DNA of 64,000 nucleotides from Pseudomonadota bacterium. Lineage in GTDB: Bacteria; Pseudomonadota; Gammaproteobacteria; Burkholderiales; JABEVD01. Location: the NCBI GenBank assembly GCA_021835845.1, contig JAKBJU010000001.1, positions 76,908-140,907 on the forward strand, read 5' to 3'. Of the stretch, positions 1-10,177 are shown one piece after another (within the stretch, counting starts at the first letter, position 1; each line of letters opens with the position of its first letter). The notes under the pieces are model-generated. The model ran no database searches, had not been told where the DNA came from, and saw only the letters and a program-made list of their open reading frames with translations. A program made the translations under genes and the position numbers.

Positions 1-1
1 G

Positions 2-567
<566 letters not shown>

Positions 568-571
<4 letters not shown>

Positions 572-903
572 GCCTTCTTGACGAATTCGGATTTCAGCTT
601 CATCGGGCCGATGCCGTCTATCCTGCAGTCGATGTCGTGGTCGCCTTCGACCAGCCTGATGTTCTTCACTTTCGTGCCGACCTTGACCACCAGGGAAGAA
701 CCCTTGACCTTCAGATCCTTGATGACCGTGACCGAATCCCCGTCCTGCAACGGGTTGCCGTTCGCGTCCTTCACGATCAATGCTTCCGAAGCGGCTTCCT
801 CTGTCGCCTCCCACTCGTGGCCGCACTCCGGGCAGACGTAAAGCCCGCCGTCGGCGTAGGTGAAGCTCGAGTTGCACTTCGGGCAGTTCGGGATGTCGCT
901 CAT
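568..903 (-). CDS. yjdM: Zinc-ribbon protein YjdM (PhnA family)
   Basis: 111 aa with N-terminal CPKC...CPEC zinc ribbon and a C-terminal [21 protein letters not shown] domain typical of YjdM. Its stop overlaps the convergent upstream stop within CTAG. Confidence 0.85.
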
Positions 904-1071
904 TTAGGTCTCTGTTTCATGAAATGGCGACATGATACTAAAATTTCCAGGTCGGCGCCCCATTCCATACGGGCCATCTTCCGCTCCCGGATACCTTCCT
1001 GACCGGACAGTCTGATTCGGGCTTCTCCAATCCGGGCTATACTCGAATCAATATGCAACCGGGAGAGGGCC

Positions 1072-1461
1072 ATGTTCGAAGCTGTTTCGATTCCTTTCGG
1101 CGCAAAAATGCTTTTCAACACCCTGAAACTCAAGCCGGGCGTCGACATGAGCGACGTCGAACTGGCGCTGGGCGAAATGTGCAACGTGGTGAAGAACACC
1201 TATGGGGGCGAGAGAGGCGGCTTCATCGCCGGCCAGGTCTTCAGGTTCAACGGCTTCGTATCCGAAGAGGGCTCGCTGAACGCGAAAAAGCCCGGGGACG
1301 ACCATGTCGTCATCGTCACCTACTGGCATTCATTCGAAGAACACGAAATATCCCATGCGGATGCGACGTTCAGGAGCAGGTTCTCGGCCCTGATGGAGCT
1401 GTGTTCTGAAGCCGACGAAATCGGCTATGAAATGCTCTGGCAGGGAGAGCCCGAGCTCTGA
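1072..1461 (+). CDS. Hypothetical protein (small alpha+beta, ABM/Dabb-like by pattern only)
   Basis: 129-aa ORF with a GGAGAGGG Shine-Dalgarno 6 nt upstream. No confident family motif found. Confidence 0.45.
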   Translation: MFEAVSIPFGAKMLFNTLKLKPGVDMSDVELALGEMCNVVKNTYGGERGGFIAGQVFRFNGFVSEEGSLNAKKPGDDHVVIVTYWHSFEEHEISHADATFRSRFSALMELCSEADEIGYEMLWQGEPEL

Positions 1462-1616
1462 CTCATGCAGCCTCCACCTGGGTTAGCGAAACTTCCTGCA
1501 CTGTCGGCAGCCCCACGTAAATTAAATTTAATGCATTTTTTCGGCTCGGACGGAGAACTACAGTCGACACCGCCCTGTCAGTACAGCATCAAGGCCACAA
1601 ACTCAGGGGGTGAATC

Positions 1617-1985
1617 ATGAGATTGCCTGAACGAACCGGACGAATGTCAAACCATGTCGAATCCCAGGATAACGTTGCGGCACTGATCCTGGACGAAAAT
1701 GGCATGATCATCGAGTGCAACCCGGTTGCCGAGAAACTGCTCGGCTATCCTTCACACGAACTCATCTTGCACCATATTTCCATGCTGCTGCCACAACTCG
1801 AAGCGTACACCCTGATCAAGGACGACAGAATCAATCCCAAGCTCAAGTTTATGTGTCATTGCGGCCAGTTGTTTCGCGTTCTGGACCGGCAATGCCAATC
1901 CTTCTTCAGCGAGCTCCATCTCGTTGAGTTGAGCAATCAGGGAGGACCTGCCCTGAGGGCAATTCTTTGCCCTGCAAGTCAATAA
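1617..1985 (+). CDS. Stand-alone PAS-domain protein
   Basis: Contains ILDENGMIIECNPVAEKLLGYPSHELILHHISMLLP, a typical PAS N-terminal cap and core. A GGGGGTG SD lies upstream. Confidence 0.6.
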   Translation: MRLPERTGRMSNHVESQDNVAALILDENGMIIECNPVAEKLLGYPSHELILHHISMLLPQLEAYTLIKDDRINPKLKFMCHCGQLFRVLDRQCQSFFSELHLVELSNQGGPALRAILCPASQ

Positions 1986-2069
1986 GCCGAAGAGATGGGA
2001 TGCCCCCGCTACATAATTTAGTGGTTTAATGTCGGCATATCGAAACGTGACACACCGGAGGGGCAAGCC

Positions 2070-4553
2070 ATGAACAAGCGCAAACATTCCAGGCCGGATT
2101 TTTTTCATTACGAGAAACTCGGGCTGGATGCCCAGACTATCCGACATTCGCTCGCCAATCGGCTGACCTACACCATCGGCAAGGATCCCGTGACCGCCAC
2201 CGACCGGGACTGGTTCCTTGCACTCGCCTATGCCGTTAGGGACAGACTCGCTGAGCGATGGATGGAAACCATGCGCAGCTATTACCGGGAAGATGCCAAG
2301 CGGGTCTACTACTTCTCCCTGGAGTTTCTCATCGGGCGCATGCTGGTGAACAGCATGAGCAATGTCGGGTTTTACGATGAATGCCTGAAGGCCCTGGACG
2401 AACTGGGGCTGGACATCGAAGAGCTGCGCGAAATCGAACCCGATGCGGCGCTGGGCAACGGCGGCCTCGGGCGCCTCGCAGCCTGCTTTCTCGACTCCAT
2501 GGCGACGCTCGGCCTGCCAGGCTACGGCTGCGGAATACGCTACGAATATGGCATGTTCAACCAGCGCATCGAGAACGGCTGCCAGATCGAGCATCCCGAC
2601 AACTGGCTGCGTTATGGCAATCCTTGGGAGTTCGCACGTCCTGAAGTGCTCCACCCGGTCAAATTCTTTGGGCGCGTCATGGAGTATGCCGAGGAGGATG
2701 GGCGCATTCATTATCATTGGACGGATGCAGAAGAAGTCATGGCCATGGCCTACGATACGCCGGTTCCAGGCTATGGCAACGATGTCGTGAACAACATGCG
2801 GCTCTGGTCGGCGAAAGCGACCCGCGATTTCGATCTCAGATATTTCAACGAAGGCAATTACATCAAGGCGGTGGAAGAAAAGGATGACTCCGAAAACCTT
2901 TCGAAAGTGCTCTACCCCGACGATCACACGCTTATGGGGCGCGAATTGCGCCTCAAGCAGCAATACTTCTTCGTCAGTGCATCCCTGCAGGATATCCTGC
3001 ATCGATACTGCAAATATCACAGCGGCTTCGCCGAGTTCCCAGACAAGGTCGCAATCCAGCTCAACGACACCCATCCTTCGATCGCAATTCCGGAATTGAT
3101 GCGCCTTTTGATGGATGTCCATCAGATGGGATGGGAAGAGGCCTGGGAGATCACCCTCAAGACCTTCTCTTACACCAATCACACGCTCATGCCTGAAGCA
3201 CTCGAAACCTGGCCGGTTGCCCTGCTCGAGAAGGTGCTGCCGCGCCACATGCAGATCATCTTCGAGATCAACCATCGCTTTCTGAAGGATGTCATGCATC
3301 ATCATCCTGGGGATATTGAGCTGACGAAGCGCATGTCGATCATTGCTGAGCAAGAAGAAAGGCACATCCGCATGGCCCACCTTGCCATCGTCGGCAGCCA
3401 CAAGGTGAACGGCGTGGCGCGCATTCACACCGAATTGATGAAAAGCACGATTTTTGCCGACTTCGACCGCTTTTTTCCTGGCAAGATCGTCAACATGACC
3501 AACGGCGTCACCCCCAGGCTCTGGCTCAAGCAGGCGAACCCGCTCCTGGCCGAACTGATCTCCTCGCACATCGGCAATGGCTGGCCGGCAGATCTCGATC
3601 AGCTCGAAAAGCTGGTTCCGCTTGCCGACAATCCCAGATTCCGCAAGGCATTCCGTGCAGTCAAGCTGGCCAACAAGAAGCGCCTGGCAAAGCTCATCAA
3701 GAAACACCTGGGGATAGACGTCGACCCGAATTCGCTGTTCGACGTCCAGATCAAACGCATCCACGAATACAAGCGCCAGCTGCTCAACGTGCTGCATATC
3801 GTCACGCGCTACAACCAGATCCGTCACAATCCGGGATCGGATATCGTGCCACGCACCGTGATTTTCGGAGGCAAGGCCGCGCCCGGCTATGCCATGGCCA
3901 AGCTCGTCATCCGGCTGATCAACGACGTGGCCGACATCGTCAACAACGATCCTGCGGTAAACGGCCGGCTCAAGGTCGTGTTCATCCCCAATTACGATGT
4001 TTCCACGGCGCTCGACATCATTCCTGCCGCGGACCTATCCGAGCAGATCTCGACTGCGGGAACCGAGGCTTCCGGCACCGGCAACATGAAGCTTTCCATG
4101 AACGGAGCATTAACCATCGGTACGCTTGACGGCGCCAACGTCGAGATACGTGAAGAAGTCGGGGAGGACAACATCTTCATCTTCGGCCTGACCGCAGAAG
4201 AGGTCGCCGAAAGCTATCTGCGGGATCACCACCCCTGGAATGATTATTGGGAAAACCCGAAGCTCAAGGAAGTGCTGGACATGATCGGCTCGGGCTACTT
4301 TTCCCCCACCGAACCCGATTGCTATATGCCCATCATCAGCGCCCTCACCCAAAACGGCGACCATTACCGGCTGCTCGCGGATTACGACGCCTACATCGGC
4401 TGCCAGGCCAGGGTCGACGAGCTTTACCGCGACAGCGACGAATGGTCCCGCAAGGCCATACTGAATGTCGCCAGGATGGGCAAATTCTCGAGCGACCGCA
4501 CCATAGGGGAGTATGCCGAGCAAATATGGGGGATCGAGCCGGTTTCGAGGTAG
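2070..4553 (+). CDS. glgP: Glycogen/maltodextrin phosphorylase
   Basis: 827 aa with the PLP-lysine motif EASGTGNMKLSMNGALTIGTLDGANVE and GNGGLGRLAACFLDS. Confidence 0.95.
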   Translation: MNKRKHSRPDFFHYEKLGLDAQTIRHSLANRLTYTIGKDPVTATDRDWFLALAYAVRDRLAERWMETMRSYYREDAKRVYYFSLEFLIGRMLVNSMSNVGFYDECLKALDELGLDIEELREIEPDAALGNGGLGRLAACFLDSMATLGLPGYGCGIRYEYGMFNQRIENGCQIEHPDNWLRYGNPWEFARPEVLHPVKFFGRVMEYAEEDGRIHYHWTDAEEVMAMAYDTPVPGYGNDVVNNMRLWSAKATRDFDLRYFNEGNYIKAVEEKDDSENLSKVLYPDDHTLMGRELRLKQQYFFVSASLQDILHRYCKYHSGFAEFPDKVAIQLNDTHPSIAIPELMRLLMDVHQMGWEEAWEITLKTFSYTNHTLMPEALETWPVALLEKVLPRHMQIIFEINHRFLKDVMHHHPGDIELTKRMSIIAEQEERHIRMAHLAIVGSHKVNGVARIHTELMKSTIFADFDRFFPGKIVNMTNGVTPRLWLKQANPLLAELISSHIGNGWPADLDQLEKLVPLADNPRFRKAFRAVKLANKKRLAKLIKKHLGIDVDPNSLFDVQIKRIHEYKRQLLNVLHIVTRYNQIRHNPGSDIVPRTVIFGGKAAPGYAMAKLVIRLINDVADIVNNDPAVNGRLKVVFIPNYDVSTALDIIPAADLSEQISTAGTEASGTGNMKLSMNGALTIGTLDGANVEIREEVGEDNIFIFGLTAEEVAESYLRDHHPWNDYWENPKLKEVLDMIGSGYFSPTEPDCYMPIISALTQNGDHYRLLADYDAYIGCQARVDELYRDSDEWSRKAILNVARMGKFSSDRTIGEYAEQIWGIEPVSR

Positions 4554-4627
4554 GCCCCGACGTCTCGCACGACGCATGGAATTTCACGGGACCGTGCCAT
4601 TCTTCGGCCTTCTTTGTGCGATTCCAA

Positions 4628-7384
4628 TCATGCCGCGGTCTGCATTGGTGCCAGATCGGGTTCGCCGCAATGCTCGAGGATGGTCGCTCTTGCCGCATCG
4701 CGCAGCATGATTGCGGATTGCCATCCCCTCCCCTCGGGAAAAATCGGATCCCCGATCCACACTTCCGCTTTTCCCCTGCGTGGGAACCAGCCGCCATCTC
4801 TCAGGATGGAGCGCGTTCCCTTCAATGCAACCGGGATCACGGCGACGCCGGCATGGGAAGCCGCAAGGAATGCCCCCATGCGGAAGCCGGCAAGGCCGGG
4901 CATTCTGGTGAAAGTCCCTTCTGGGAAGAAGATCATGGAATACCCGGCTTCAACGGCTTCCTCCAGGCGCTTCGCATCTTCCCCGAGCCCTCCGCGCTCG
5001 ACGAAATCCGCGCCCAGGTGCCTGAGATAATGCCTGGAAGCGAAGGATTCCAGCAGTTCCTTCTTGGCGACGAATTTGAAAAATCCGTTTGGCGCGAGAT
5101 TCCCGGGAAGCGCTGCGACCAGAACGATGCCGTCGATATAGCTCGCATGGTTGGCGACGAGGATCGACGGTTTGCATTCCACGTTCCCGATCCCGGCAAT
5201 GCCGAGCGACGTACCGGACAGCCTGACAAAAATTCGCGCGAAGGCCCTGCTCATCTGCCAGCTCCATGCAGGACTGGAAGAAATCACCGCAAAAACCCAT
5301 GCGACGGGCGCAATCGTCCAGAAAACAAACCATACATAAGCCGCGTAAGAAAATCCGGCTGCGGCCCTCGACAGCCGCCTCAACTGCGGAAGGACTCCAG
5401 CCATAACAAGGCGCAGATAATTCAGGCGCCGCTTTTCAAAACCTTCGAGATAGCGCGCCCGGCTTGCGGATCTTCTGATTTTCCCGCTGGAAGTTTTCAG
5501 TACGGTATGCGGGGGAACCAGCAGGATTTCGTCGGGGGGTTCTCCGAGCACATCGACCACAGCGTTGCTGACGGCCTCCCTGATGGCATCAAGCGCCTCT
5601 TTTTCCCGGGTCTCGGCCATCACCACTAGACGCTCGGTGCCGCCTCTCTGCACGCCGAAGACCGCGACACAGCCCCGCCTCACTCCGGGCAGGTTGCCCA
5701 CCGCCTCCTCGGTCTCGTAGGGATAGATATTCCTGCCGGCCCGGATGATGACATCTTTGGCGCGCCCGGTAAGGTATATCTCGCCCTGCGCGATATAGGC
5801 GTAATCCCCTGAATCGAGCCAGCCATCGTGGAAAAGTCTGGCAGTTTCCTCTGGATTCCGCAAATATCCCCGCGTAGAGGAAGGTCCCTTGAATTCCAGC
5901 TTGCCTTCCTGGCGGTCCCCGACCTCCCTACCCGTCTCATCCACGATCCTGACCTGATGAAGGGGTAGCGGCAAGCCGCAGGAAACGAAAGCAAGCTCGT
6001 CGGCTTCGGAAGGAACGGCCTTCCGCGTCCGCATGAAACGTTCACGATCGATCCGGTCTATTTTAGGACCGCGCCCGACAGGAGGGAAAGCCAGGCCGAC
6101 CGACGATTCGGCAAGTCCGTAAACGGGACACATCGCATTTTCCCTAAAGCCAAATTTTTCGAATTTTTTCGAGAAACCCAGGATCACCTCCGCGCTGACG
6201 GGTTCCGCCCCGTTGAAAGCCATGCGCAAACTGGAAAGATCGATTCCCTCCAACGCCTTCTCGTCGATTTTGGCAAGGCAAAGCGCATAGCCGAAATTCG
6301 GGGAAGCGGTCAGGGTCGCGCGATGCCTTGCAATGCTGCTGAGCCAGCGCGAAGGGTTTGACAGGAAAGTCATCGGCGACATGACGATGTAATGACAGGC
6401 GTGATAAAGGCTGCCGAGCCAGGCCCCGATCAGCCCCATGTCGTGGTAGAGCGGAAGCCAACTCACGAAAACATCCGAGTGCTCGACCTGGGCAGCAACC
6501 CCCATGGCGCGAATATTTGCAAGCAAATTGGCATGACTCAGCATCACCCCCTTGGGGTTTCCCGTGCTTCCCGAAGTATATTGCAGGAGCGCGACATCTT
6601 CCGCCCCCAGAACCGGCAATGCATGGGCTTTGGCAGAAGACAGATCATCCAGCGTGACGATTTCCCGCATCGACTCGACCTGAAGCCCGAGGAGTTTGGC
6701 AAGCCTGAGCGCATCGCCGAAAGTGACCAGCATGACAACCTCTGCATTGGACAGTATGCCGACATGACGCTTCAGATGGTCCTCCATCTGGGAAAGACGG
6801 AAAGGCGGGTAGATCGGCACCGGGATGCATCCCGCAAGCAGCACCCCGAAAAAACCGAAAAAATAATCCGCTCCCGTGGGGAGCATGATGGCGATGGATT
6901 CTCCGGGCACCCTGCCCCGAGCGATGAGGCCATTGGCGATCTTTTCCGCCCCGGATTTGAGTTCCGCATAACTGATTCGCACGTCCTCTTTCGCTCCTTC
7001 GAACAGAATGTGGGTGCGATCCGGATGGCGTCCTGCATGCCAGTCGAGAACATCCGTGAGGGTCCGCGCTTCGAGCGGGGGGAACCCGGTGCCAGCCGTC
7101 TCGGGCTCGAAGACTGCTCTCCTTTCACCAGACAACCGAGGCTTGCCGAGCGCATTCAGAAGGTCCCTGGGCGTTTCCGCTCTTGCCAGGGCTTCTTCAG
7201 GAAATTGCACCCCAAAGGCACGCTCTATCCTGAGCAGAAGCTCGACCTTGGCGAGGCTGTCCAAACCCAGATCGCGTTCCAGAGACATGTCGAGCGTCGG
7301 GAAGACGATCCTTGAAGCATGCGTTTCTTTCAAGAGCCCGGCGATGATATCGAGAAGCCTACCAGAATCTGGCCCTGTTTCCAT
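4628..7384 (-). CDS. Tri-domain fusion: acyl-carrier domain + fatty-acyl-AMP ligase/acyl-ACP synthetase + membrane 1-acyl-glycerol-3-phosphate-type acyltransferase (Aas-like)
   Basis: N-terminal LGLDSLAKVELLLRIE (phosphopantetheine Ser motif). AMP-binding motifs LQYTSGSTGNPKGV and YRTGD-like GWLDSGDYAY. Hydrophobic helices follow, then the PlsC motifs NHASYIDG (HX4D) and FPEGTFTR. Confidence 0.85.
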   Translation of the reverse strand: METGPDSGRLLDIIAGLLKETHASRIVFPTLDMSLERDLGLDSLAKVELLLRIERAFGVQFPEEALARAETPRDLLNALGKPRLSGERRAVFEPETAGTGFPPLEARTLTDVLDWHAGRHPDRTHILFEGAKEDVRISYAELKSGAEKIANGLIARGRVPGESIAIMLPTGADYFFGFFGVLLAGCIPVPIYPPFRLSQMEDHLKRHVGILSNAEVVMLVTFGDALRLAKLLGLQVESMREIVTLDDLSSAKAHALPVLGAEDVALLQYTSGSTGNPKGVMLSHANLLANIRAMGVAAQVEHSDVFVSWLPLYHDMGLIGAWLGSLYHACHYIVMSPMTFLSNPSRWLSSIARHRATLTASPNFGYALCLAKIDEKALEGIDLSSLRMAFNGAEPVSAEVILGFSKKFEKFGFRENAMCPVYGLAESSVGLAFPPVGRGPKIDRIDRERFMRTRKAVPSEADELAFVSCGLPLPLHQVRIVDETGREVGDRQEGKLEFKGPSSTRGYLRNPEETARLFHDGWLDSGDYAYIAQGEIYLTGRAKDVIIRAGRNIYPYETEEAVGNLPGVRRGCVAVFGVQRGGTERLVVMAETREKEALDAIREAVSNAVVDVLGEPPDEILLVPPHTVLKTSSGKIRRSASRARYLEGFEKRRLNYLRLVMAGVLPQLRRLSRAAAGFSYAAYVWFVFWTIAPVAWVFAVISSSPAWSWQMSRAFARIFVRLSGTSLGIAGIGNVECKPSILVANHASYIDGIVLVAALPGNLAPNGFFKFVAKKELLESFASRHYLRHLGADFVERGGLGEDAKRLEEAVEAGYSMIFFPEGTFTRMPGLAGFRMGAFLAASHAGVAVIPVALKGTRSILRDGGWFPRRGKAEVWIGDPIFPEGRGWQSAIMLRDAARATILEHCGEPDLAPMQTAA

Positions 7385-7478
7385 AAGCTGCTCCCATGGG
7401 CGGATTTACCTTTTTATAGACGCAGCTCGGCGCTCCGGCAAAGAACGTGTGCATCCAGGGGGCCGCCAAGGAGAAAAT

Positions 7479-8366
7479 TTAGGCTGGAAAAACGCCCGTG
7501 GAAAGGTAGCGATCGCCCCTGTCGCACACGATGGAAACGATGACGGCATCATGCAATTTTTCGGAAAGCTTGAGCGCGGCGGCCATGGCACCACCCGAAG
7601 AAATGCCGCCAAAAATGCCTTCCTCTGCCGCCAGCCTTCTCGTGGTTTCTTCGGCTTCGTGCTGTGAAACCAGCATGATCTCGTCGACAAGGCTGGAATC
7701 GTAGATTTTGGGCAAATAGGCTTCAGGCCACTTCCTGATTCCGGGAATCTGCGCCCCTTCGTCCGGCTGCACGCCGACGATGCGGATATCCGGATTCGCC
7801 TCCCTGAAAAACCTGGCGCAGCCCATGATTGTTCCAGTCGTGCCCATGCTGCTCACGAAATGGGTGAGCCTCCCTTCCGTCTCGCGCCATATTTCCGGAG
7901 CAGTCCCTTCGTAATGCGCGACCGGATTGTCCGGATTGGAGAACTGGTCGAGTATTTTTCCTCTGCCCTCAGCCTGCATCCGGTTGGCGAGATCGATCGC
8001 CGCCTCCATGCCGCCCTCTTGGGGCGTCAGGACGATTTCAGCCCCGTAAGCCCGCATCACCTGGCGCCGCTCGATGCTCATGTGCTCCGGCATCACCAAT
8101 ACCATCCTGAATCCGCGCACGGCGGCGGCCATGGCCAGCGCAATGCCCGTATTCCCGCTCGTCGCCTCGATCAGCGTGTCCCCCGGGTTGATTTCCCCCC
8201 TGGCTTGCGCCCGGGCAATCATGGAAAACGCAGGTCGGTCCTTCACCGATCCGGCGGGATTGTTTCCTTCGAGCTTGGCGAGGACGATATTCGAGGTCTT
8301 CCCCGGAAGCCTTCTCAGCCTGACCAGCGGCGTATTGCCGATGAAATCTTCGATATTCCTGAACAT
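7479..8366 (-). CDS. cysM: Cysteine synthase B
   Basis: 295 aa. KLEGNNPAGSVKDRPA (PLP lysine) and TSGNTGIALAM are colinear with E. coli CysM through ..CDRGDRYLSTGVF. Confidence 0.9.
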   Translation of the reverse strand: MFRNIEDFIGNTPLVRLRRLPGKTSNIVLAKLEGNNPAGSVKDRPAFSMIARAQARGEINPGDTLIEATSGNTGIALAMAAAVRGFRMVLVMPEHMSIERRQVMRAYGAEIVLTPQEGGMEAAIDLANRMQAEGRGKILDQFSNPDNPVAHYEGTAPEIWRETEGRLTHFVSSMGTTGTIMGCARFFREANPDIRIVGVQPDEGAQIPGIRKWPEAYLPKIYDSSLVDEIMLVSQHEAEETTRRLAAEEGIFGGISSGGAMAAALKLSEKLHDAVIVSIVCDRGDRYLSTGVFPA

Positions 8367-8415
8367 GCAGAATCCGTTAAAACGACCATTTCACGGGATT
8401 ATCGCACAACTCGAC

Positions 8416-9078
8416 TTACAGCGCCCTGGCCACGATTTCGCCGATCCATGCGGCGATGTCCCCGATTTCATCCTGGCATACGGAATGAGCCATGGCGTAG
8501 TCGCGCCATTCCACCTCATGTCCCAGGTTTGCCAGTGCGTCTCTGGAAGCCCTTCCCGCCGAAATCGGGATGACTTCGTCCATTGTCCCGTGCGCCATGA
8601 AAAGGGGCGTTTCCGAATTGGCCGAATGGGCTTCTTCCCTCAAGGAGTCTGCCAGGGGAAGATAGGCTGAAAGAGCCATTATCCCGGCAAGCCTCTCCGG
8701 ATGGCGCAAGCCGGCATACAGGGCAGCTGCGCCCCCCTGGGAGAATCCGGCAAGAAAAACATGGTCTGAAGCCATGCCCCTTTCTTTCTCCCTGGCGATG
8801 AATTCCGAAATGCGCTGCTGCGTATCCAGCATGCCTTCCCTGTCCTCGCCTGATTTCAGGTCCAGCGAATAGAGGTCGTACCAGGCGCGCATCCTGTAGC
8901 CACCGTTCAGGGTGACGGGTCTGATCGGCGCATGGGGGAAAATGAAGCGCATGTCCGGCAGAGACAGGGCCTCTGCGACCGGGATGAAGTCGTTTCCGTC
9001 CGCTCCCAGTCCGTGCAGCCAGATGACCGAGAACGCGGGGTTTGAAGAGGTTTCGAATTCGATGAAGGGGAGTGTCAT
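8416..9078 (-). CDS. Phospholipase/carboxylesterase-family alpha/beta hydrolase
   Basis: GFSQGG nucleophile elbow and WLHGLGADGNDF. Start trimmed to MTLPFIEF (ATG at 9078); the listed 253-aa ORF has an implausible N-terminal extension. Confidence 0.8.
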   Translation of the reverse strand: MTLPFIEFETSSNPAFSVIWLHGLGADGNDFIPVAEALSLPDMRFIFPHAPIRPVTLNGGYRMRAWYDLYSLDLKSGEDREGMLDTQQRISEFIAREKERGMASDHVFLAGFSQGGAAALYAGLRHPERLAGIMALSAYLPLADSLREEAHSANSETPLFMAHGTMDEVIPISAGRASRDALANLGHEVEWRDYAMAHSVCQDEIGDIAAWIGEIVARAL

Positions 9079-9133
9079 GGCTGGCCTGAAGGTACTATAA
9101 TGGTTTTGTTTCCGAAAGATCCAAGGAGCAGCA

Positions 9134-10177
9134 ATGAATCGCCGCGATTTTATCAAACTTGCCGCCTCCAGCGGCATTTTGTTCGCCTTGCCTGCATGGG
9201 GCTATTATGACGAAATCGCATCCTGGAAGACATACCGCCTGAATTATCACGTCTCCTTACCCGAAGGGGGAAAGAGCGCGAAACTCTGGCTGCCGATTCC
9301 GGACAGCAATGACACCCTCTATCAGCGCAACATGGGAAGCGTCTGGAGCGAAGGTGCCGCCACTGCAAGCCTTTACGACCCCCCGAAAAACCCTGCAGCC
9401 ACCTTCTTCGGCGAATGGCATGGCAGCAGTCCGAGAAGAATCACGGTAGGCACGATGATCAAGACCGCCGAGAGGCGCGTCGCTCTTTCCGACATCCGTC
9501 CGCATTCAGAAAAAGTCCCTCCCGCGATCCGGGCTTACCTTGCCGCTGACGGGGAGATCGTCCGCAAAACTGCGATTCAGGTGACCAAGCATGCAAGCTC
9601 CCCCCTGGAAAAGGCACACGCCATTTACGACTGGGTAGTCGACAACACCCATTATGATCCAGCCGTCAAAGGTTGCGGAAAAGGCGATTCAGAAGCGATG
9701 CTTGCGAGCGGCAATCTGGGCGGCAAGAGTCTGGACATCGTCTCCCTTTTCGTCAATCTCTGTCGCTGCGCAGGCGTGCCCGCGAGAGGCGCATATGGCT
9801 TGTTGCTGAACGAGTCGATCGACGGAAAAATCGCTGCATCCCATCATGCCAGGGCGGAATTCTATCTTTCCGGAGCTGGCTGGATTCCGGCTGACCCTGC
9901 TGAAATTCATCGCACCATACTCGAAGAAAAGACGAGTTTTGCCGACTCTAGAATCGCCGAGCTCAAAACCCGGCTTTTCGGCTATTGGAAGCCAAACTGG
10001 ATAGGGCTCAACCACGAGCGCAACATCGTTCTGCCCTTTCTGGACACCAGGGTGCCGCTTTTCATCTACCCTTATGCACAGGTCGGCAGCGAATTCCTCA
10101 ATGGCTCCGACCCATCACGCTTCTCCTACCGGATCGAGGTCAACGAAATGGTCGGAACCGGCATTCATTTTTCCTGA
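9134..10177 (+). CDS. Tat-signal transglutaminase-like domain protein (Cys-to-Ser variant)
   Basis: MNRRDFIKLAASSG twin-arginine signal and AAGGAG SD. Core GKSLDIVSLFVNLCRCAGVPAR ... HARAEFY ... WIPADP aligns to the GxCxxFAxLFVALCRAxGIPAR / HAWxE / DPT pattern. Confidence 0.75.
   Translation: MNRRDFIKLAASSGILFALPAWGYYDEIASWKTYRLNYHVSLPEGGKSAKLWLPIPDSNDTLYQRNMGSVWSEGAATASLYDPPKNPAATFFGEWHGSSPRRITVGTMIKTAERRVALSDIRPHSEKVPPAIRAYLAADGEIVRKTAIQVTKHASSPLEKAHAIYDWVVDNTHYDPAVKGCGKGDSEAMLASGNLGGKSLDIVSLFVNLCRCAGVPARGAYGLLLNESIDGKIAASHHARAEFYLSGAGWIPADPAEIHRTILEEKTSFADSRIAELKTRLFGYWKPNWIGLNHERNIVLPFLDTRVPLFIYPYAQVGSEFLNGSDPSRFSYRIEVNEMVGTGIHFS

Noticed and set aside
1517-1532. 12-bp AT palindrome ATTAAATTTAAT upstream of the PAS gene.
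   Set aside because: Short AT-rich palindromes arise easily in intergenic DNA. There is no second copy or associated regulator to support an operator call.
1752-3827. 691-aa ORF antisense to glgP.
   Set aside because: It lies wholly inside a strongly conserved gene on the opposite strand. The translated product is low-complexity with no motifs. This is a typical shadow ORF of GC-biased codon usage.
8416-9177. N-terminal extensions of listed ORFs. Affected genes: esterase, OMF 15446, lipoprotein 21008, ATPase 22733, permease 23713, rmuC 25049, rpsF 25136, HDOD 29446, CpxP-like 31319, yjgA 34547, hemH 36015, dnaJ 39822, nuoF 52675, nuoE 53471, nuoB 55638 and tpiA 57117.
   Set aside because: The extensions overlap upstream genes or are Arg-rich nonsense. 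Internal starts match family N-termini, signal peptides or lipoboxes, and give coupled gene junctions. Coordinates were trimmed accordingly.
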